Shown: piece after piece, positions 63,709 through 64,000 of the stretch
Layout: the number at the start of each line of letters is the position of its first letter
How positions within the stretch are numbered: position 1 is the stretch's first letter
From: Ascidiella aspersa
Lineage: Eukaryota
Assembly: GCA_963924565.1 (NCBI GenBank)
Contig: OZ004611.1
Coordinates: 23,436,001-23,500,000, forward strand
DNA length: 64,000 bases
Reading direction: 5' to 3'
Notes under the pieces: model-generated
What the model was told of the DNA's origin: nothing
The model's input: the letters and a program-made list of their open reading frames with translations, nothing else
Database searches by the model: none
Made by a program: the position numbers and the translations under genes

Positions 63709-64000
63709 CTGTGAATTAAAGGTTTATTATGCAGAGGTGGACAAACTGTCTGCACGACACGGTTTTTATTTGCAACTCGTACAGTCGTACGTGTATTTAA
63801 TTCATCACAAAGAATCATCGGTTGAAAGAACTTCATCATAGCAGGGTAATTGCTTGAAGTTGACGATGTTACTGCAAAACTTAAAGCTTGATGAGTTCAC
63901 CAAAAACGCAGTATCGCAAATCGTGTCTTATTTAAAATTAAAAATAATATTATTTCACTTATTCATTCGGCCATTTCACTTGTGTTTTTTAGGTCCCAAC

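Overview
AT-rich, intron-rich animal genomic DNA, most consistent with an ascidian/tunicate (inferred from the YAP/Hsc70 sequences, compact introns, hAT MITE families and patchy CpG depletion). Four spliced protein genes can be reconstructed with consistent reading frames: (1) the 5' half of Hsc70/HSPA8 on the minus strand (3-2275), with an HSE-rich promoter and two intronic box C/D snoRNAs (SNORD35-like and SNORD66-like); (2) a 14-exon secreted mosaic trypsin-like protease on the plus strand (17351-31682) with an unusual signal peptide-EMI-CUB-TIL-trypsin architecture; (3) a complete 8-coding-exon YAP/Yorkie gene on the minus strand (34490-60219) with an 18.6-kb intron that is mostly CpG-rich; (4) the last two exons of a probable CXorf58/C11orf65-family gene (62637-63708, minus). 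Non-genic content includes a pol-less gag-type LTR retroelement (13864-16742) probably nested in a hAT relic, many hAT MITEs with 8-bp TSDs, a tRNA-derived SINE, LINE remnants, Penelope-type hammerhead-like motifs and several long palindromes. Most entries in the supplied ORF track are spurious.
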